A stretch of DNA of 62,702 nt, filler included. It is 5 parts of 5 records of this genome, joined end to end, with 100 filler letters (N's around TTAATTAATTAA, not from the genome) between each part and the next. Parts side by side here need not be neighbours in the genome. Positions count along the whole stretch, not along the records: positions 54,796 to 62,702 come from SRR31156797_10168; 4 more parts are not named here. One strand, given 5' to 3'. The notes beneath the pieces were generated by a model, which searched no databases, had not been told where the DNA came from, and worked only from the letters and a program-made list of their open reading frames with translations. The translations under genes were made by a program, and so were the position numbers. Of the stretch, positions 60,160 to 62,702 are shown piece by piece (position 1 is the first letter of the stretch; the number at the start of each line of letters is the position of its first letter).

Positions 60160-60753
60160 ATGAAAAATAGAACTGTAAACTATATGTTGCTACTTATGTT
60201 TATTTCAACAATAAATATATTTGCCAATGATAAAATGACAACGATTTATTTAGGCGGGGGTTACAATCAATATGAGATAGAAGATATAAATGATTTAAGT
60301 ACTGATGACGTTACAGGTGGGATATCATATATGCTAGGAATGAATTTCAGATTATTAGAAAAACTAAAACTTGGAGTAGAGTTTGATTCTGTTGAAGCAA
60401 AATGGTCTGATCTGGACTATAGGGCAGCTACAACGGGAATACTATTTATGCTTGAATATGATTTGCTGGCAGGTCCTTCACATTACGGAGAGGGAACTAG
60501 TTCAACACTATCAGTATTTGCCGGTGTCGGGAATTATGAATCAGGAATATATTATGATTCAGACGCCCTCTTAGATGAAGAAACTGCTTCATCAACAGGA
60601 TACAAGGCAGGAATAGCATATAGTGCTGATTTTTCTGAAATGTTTGGAATTCAGGCAAGAATTGCTTATAGAAAAAGTGAAGTAGAAGTTGATTCACTTA
60701 ATCTTGATTTTTCAGGAATAAGTGGTGAACTAGTATTAAAGTTATCAATATAA
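60160..60753 (+). CDS. Outer-membrane beta-barrel protein (OmpA-TM/OmpW-like size)
   Basis: Signal peptide (..NIFA), alternating beta-strand pattern rich in G/Y, SD AGGAG. Confidence 0.7.
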   Translation: MKNRTVNYMLLLMFISTINIFANDKMTTIYLGGGYNQYEIEDINDLSTDDVTGGISYMLGMNFRLLEKLKLGVEFDSVEAKWSDLDYRAATTGILFMLEYDLLAGPSHYGEGTSSTLSVFAGVGNYESGIYYDSDALLDEETASSTGYKAGIAYSADFSEMFGIQARIAYRKSEVEVDSLNLDFSGISGELVLKLSI

Positions 60754-60788
60754 CTTATCATCTCTGATTTAAACAAAATATATATTGA

Positions 60789-60822
60789 AAAAATCCTCTG
60801 TCATTTTGACAGGGGATTTTTT
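60789..60822 (+). terminator. Rho-independent terminator
   Basis: AAAAATCCTCTGTCA-ttt-TGACAGGGGATTTTTT. Confidence 0.85.
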
Positions 60823-61119
60823 GATATTATCTTAAATAAAAAGATAACTATAGAATCAAAAATAAAATCATTACAAATAGAAGGATATTGCTTAATGGTG
60901 CAGTAAAATATTATGTTAGGTTTTGTTTTATATTTAGTAGATTTATAAAATTAATCGTAAAAGCATCGATGAATTTAATATCCTTGTTTTTTATTTCATC
61001 AATTAACTTCAGTGATTAATTTATCGTTTAACAGCTAAATTCATTTAATAATCGTTGAACCGTCGATGATTAAATAAATCTAGCTTTATATATAAAAAAT
61101 TAACTTCAGGAGGTATGCC

Positions 61120-62019
61120 ATGTTACAAAAAATCTTTCAAAAACAGCTAATGATGCGTAAAGTGCTATACGCACTCATACCGCTTTTTCTTTTCTCAATT
61201 TATCTCTATTCATGGCGTGCGATAGTTCACACAGCTCTCGTATTTGCCGCAGGTATTGGAACTGAGTATATCTTTAATAAAAGGATAAATAAAAAAGTCA
61301 GTGAAGCAGTACTTGTATCTTGTGCCCTTTATGCTCTATCCCTACCGGGAAATTCACCATTTCTGATCTCAATGATAGGAATAGTGTTTGGGATTTTATT
61401 TGGAAAATTAATATTTGGTGGATTTGGAAGAAACGTATTCAATCCGGCAATAACTGGTAGATTATTTGTGTATATCACATTTCCAACTGTATTTAATCAT
61501 TTCGCGAAACCAGGTATCGATGGCTTAGCATCTGCTACACCACTTACTTTGATTAGAAATGGAGAGGCAGTCAGCACACTTAATTTATTTGTTGGAAATC
61601 ACTTTGGTTCAATAGGGGAAACATCAGCATTATTAATTATTTTAGGTGGGGCATATCTTTTCTATACGAAAACTGCCAATTGGAGAGCAGTTTCTACAAC
61701 TTTTGCTTCATATATTATTTTGCAGGGAGCATTATATTACGGAGGAGTGGCAAATGCTATTTCGCCAATAAATGGAATCTTTGCAGGGAGTTTTATGTTT
61801 GTACTTATGTTTATGGTTACTGATCCGGTTACAGCACCTAAGAAACCAAAAGCACTCTATGGTTACGGGATAATTATAGGAGTTTCTATAGCGTTAATTA
61901 GGACATTTTCACTGTTCCCTGAAGGAACAAGTTTTGCGATATTATTAGGGAATACTTTTGCACCGTGGCTTGATGAGATATTTAAGAAGAAAAAAAAGCA
62001 AGCAAAGGGGGCGAAGTAG
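61120..62019 (+). CDS. NqrB/RnfD family membrane subunit
   Basis: FGGFGRNVFNPA, FMN site DGLASATPL, GSIGETS, FMVTDPVTAP; SD AGGAGG. Confidence 0.88.
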   Translation: MLQKIFQKQLMMRKVLYALIPLFLFSIYLYSWRAIVHTALVFAAGIGTEYIFNKRINKKVSEAVLVSCALYALSLPGNSPFLISMIGIVFGILFGKLIFGGFGRNVFNPAITGRLFVYITFPTVFNHFAKPGIDGLASATPLTLIRNGEAVSTLNLFVGNHFGSIGETSALLIILGGAYLFYTKTANWRAVSTTFASYIILQGALYYGGVANAISPINGIFAGSFMFVLMFMVTDPVTAPKKPKALYGYGIIIGVSIALIRTFSLFPEGTSFAILLGNTFAPWLDEIFKKKKKQAKGAK

Positions 62020-62616
62020 ATGAATAAAAGTGGAATAACATATACAATAGTTTTTTCTGTAATTACTACATTTATCTTTGTTCTTTTACTCTCTTTGGCA
62101 AATGAATTTTCAAAAGAAAAGATTGAATTAAACGCCCAATTATCAGAAAAAAGCGCATTTATAAATGCTGTAGGGATAGAAGGAATTGAAAAAACTGATT
62201 CAGTAGATTATTTCAACGCAAACTTTGAGGAGATTTATCCGAATGAAATATGGAAAACTAAAATAGACGGTCAGGAAGTTTTGATTTCAAAATTCAGTGG
62301 TTCAGGATTATGGGGAATAATTAACGGAGTAATAGCAGTTAATAGCTCAGTAGATAGAATAATTGGATTTGAGATAATCACTCATAATGAGACACCGGGT
62401 CTAGGAGGAAGAATCGAAGAGGATTGGTTCAAGGATCAGTTAAAAAACGAAAAGTTTACATCAAATTTTGCAGTTAACGTAGGAACCGGTGCAGGTGATT
62501 ATGACTCTGAGAATGGGACAATCGATGGAGTTGTAGGAGCTACCAGAACCAGTGATTCGATAGAGGTAATAGTGAAGAAAGAGTATGACAAGATTAAGGA
62601 GTTTGTAGGGAAGTAA
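62020..62616 (+). CDS. NqrC/RnfG family FMN-binding subunit
   Basis: N-terminal TM, GSGLWG, HNETPGLGGRIEE, DGVVGATRTS. Confidence 0.85.
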   Translation: MNKSGITYTIVFSVITTFIFVLLLSLANEFSKEKIELNAQLSEKSAFINAVGIEGIEKTDSVDYFNANFEEIYPNEIWKTKIDGQEVLISKFSGSGLWGIINGVIAVNSSVDRIIGFEIITHNETPGLGGRIEEDWFKDQLKNEKFTSNFAVNVGTGAGDYDSENGTIDGVVGATRTSDSIEVIVKKEYDKIKEFVGK

Positions 62617-62626
62617 AGAGAACTAA

Positions 62627-62702
62627 AATCACCTCCTATCCCCCTCTTTGGCTAAAGAGGGGGGACAAGAAATCCCCTTTATTAAAGGGGATTTAGGGGA
62701 TT
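62627..62702. repeat. Double-hairpin REP-like element at window end
   Basis: CCCCTCTTT-ggct-AAAGAGGGG and AAATCCCCTTT-att-AAAGGGGATTT. Confidence 0.65.

Overview
This window is not one locus. It joins five unrelated contigs with artificial 100-nt linkers (N44-TTAATTAATTAA-N44) at 11053-11152, 16195-16294, 23488-23587 and 54696-54795. Contig 1 (1-11052) is AT-rich and Bacteroidota-like. It carries rnf(C)DGEA, a CoA-disulfide reductase/rhodanese/TusA/DsrE fusion, an orphan Nif11-like peptide, a hypothetical gene preceded by a 21-bp degenerate repeat array, an Ala/Gly symporter and a probably truncated TPR protein. Contig 2 (11153-16194) is also Bacteroidota-like and holds an acpS - acetate-CoA-ligase-like - ACP - kbl-paralog cluster directly upstream of a second, canonical kbl. 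This is the best candidate for an undescribed system: carrier-protein-dependent glycine C-acylation. Contig 3 (16295-23487) looks like Desulfobacterota. It has a response regulator, a very divergent enlarged FolD, an EreA/ChaN-fold protein and an IclR - class III aminotransferase - CoA-transferase operon. Contig 4 (23588-54695) is Desulfovibrionaceae-like. It carries ychF, an AT-rich TPR gene, hdrCBA-flxDCBA, a tetraheme cytochrome plus heme-c chemoreceptor, OmpA, cysteine desulfidase, hldD-lptD-mutL-alr, and an orange-protein (orp) cluster with a sigma54 promoter and IHF site. A family of REP-like repeats lies between its genes. Contig 5 (54796-62702) is very AT-rich and encodes an ABC exporter with a two-component system, a beta-barrel protein, and NqrB/RnfD- and NqrC/RnfG-like genes with no upstream NqrA/RnfC. 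I recognised no rRNA, tRNA or CRISPR array. Taxonomic and family calls come from motif recognition only, with no database searches.
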